From contig CAVXEP010000006.1 in assembly GCA_963760795.1 (NCBI GenBank), positions 1-64,000 of the forward strand: a stretch of DNA of 64,000 nucleotides. The letters are read 5' to 3'. Below the pieces are notes generated by a model. It was not told where the DNA came from and did no database searches. It saw only the letters and a list, made by a program, of their open reading frames with translations. A program made the translations under genes and the position numbers. This stretch comes from an uncultured delta proteobacterium (GTDB lineage Bacteria > Desulfobacterota > Binatia > UBA9968). Positions 63,370 to 64,000 of the stretch are shown here, one piece after another (the stretch's first letter is position 1; each line of letters opens with the position of its first letter).

Positions 63370-64000
63370 ATGCGTAAACGAATCATCGCCGGCCTTCTAG
63401 TTTCAACCGGCCTAGATCATACTCGCCGCCTTGAATGTCAACTTTCTCGTCGAGCGCAACCGAGATTATTTGCTCGGCCGGCTGGCCCAAACTCTCGGCC
63501 ATACTGTTAAAGCCGACAAGATCGAGATCAGTTACCTACCCTTCGCCGTCCACTGGTGAACTTGGCCATCGCCGGTGATCCCGACGATGTCGCGACCCCG
63601 CTCGTCCTCGCTAAAAATAGCCATATAGAGCTGCGCGTTCTGCCCCTGCTCCTGGGTCAGTTGCAGCCCGGTCAAATCAGCCTCGACTCACCCGTCGTCA
63701 CGATTGTTCGCGACGCTGACGGCCGCTACAACTATGAGCCTCAAGGAAGAAATCCGCAGCGCGCCCAGGACGGTACGAGCCGAGGCAAAAAAGTAGCCAA
63801 CGTGCAGCCGTTGTTCGCCATCCCAGCCCTGCAAGTTACCAATGGCACGCTGCGCTACCGCGATCTGAAGAACGACGGCGAACTCACCGTGGCGCAAATC
63901 GAATTGACAGTGAGCGACGTCGCCACGGACGAAGCCATTGAAATCGACCTCGCCGCCGCCGTCATAGCCGCCAAACCTAATTTGAAGTTTACCAGCCGCA
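63370..64000 (+). CDS. AsmA family protein, N-terminal part, frameshifted, runs off the window end
   Basis: Manual translation: MRKRIIAG../LNVNFLVERNRDYLLGRLAQTLG../ELRVLPLLLGQ..ISLDSPVVTIVRDADGRYNY. Confidence 0.75.

Overview
A GC-rich bacterial chromosome segment. The gene content and the style of intergenic repeats resemble Binatia/'Deltaproteobacteria' genomes (inference, not established here). Single-base frameshifts are scattered through many genes, including essential ones (smc, ftsY, ftsH, trmD), so they are treated as assembly indel errors. 1-17 kb holds transport and catabolic genes (solute-binding proteins, MBL hydrolase, hydantoinase B, two VOC proteins, DUF1152, tandem MFS, an Fbp/Afu-like ABC transporter, a nitroreductase). 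17-40 kb holds rng, an HNH gene, smc-ftsY, an iscA-like gene, rsmD-coaD-aminotransferase, ftsH, a DUF3182/hydrolase pair and a glyoxylate shunt built on a long ICL2-type isocitrate lyase. At 40.3-43.4 kb a tRNA-fMet carries a ~2.9 kb integrase-less islet bounded by duplicated tRNA 3' ends; it contains an RHH regulator and a translationally coupled 3-ORF unit ending in a TIR/NDT-like protein, the best candidate for an undescribed (defence-type) system. 44-64 kb is housekeeping (dapL-folK, ldcA-hydrolase-mpl, DUF507 pair, groESL, ffh to rplS, rarA, hrpB, asmA). Notable non-coding signals are tandem NrdR-box-like sites before smc, a DnaA-box cluster between ldcA and DUF507, and several families of short-period intergenic palindromes. 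No CRISPR array, rRNA or intact transposase was seen. All family assignments come from motif recognition by eye, not from database searches.
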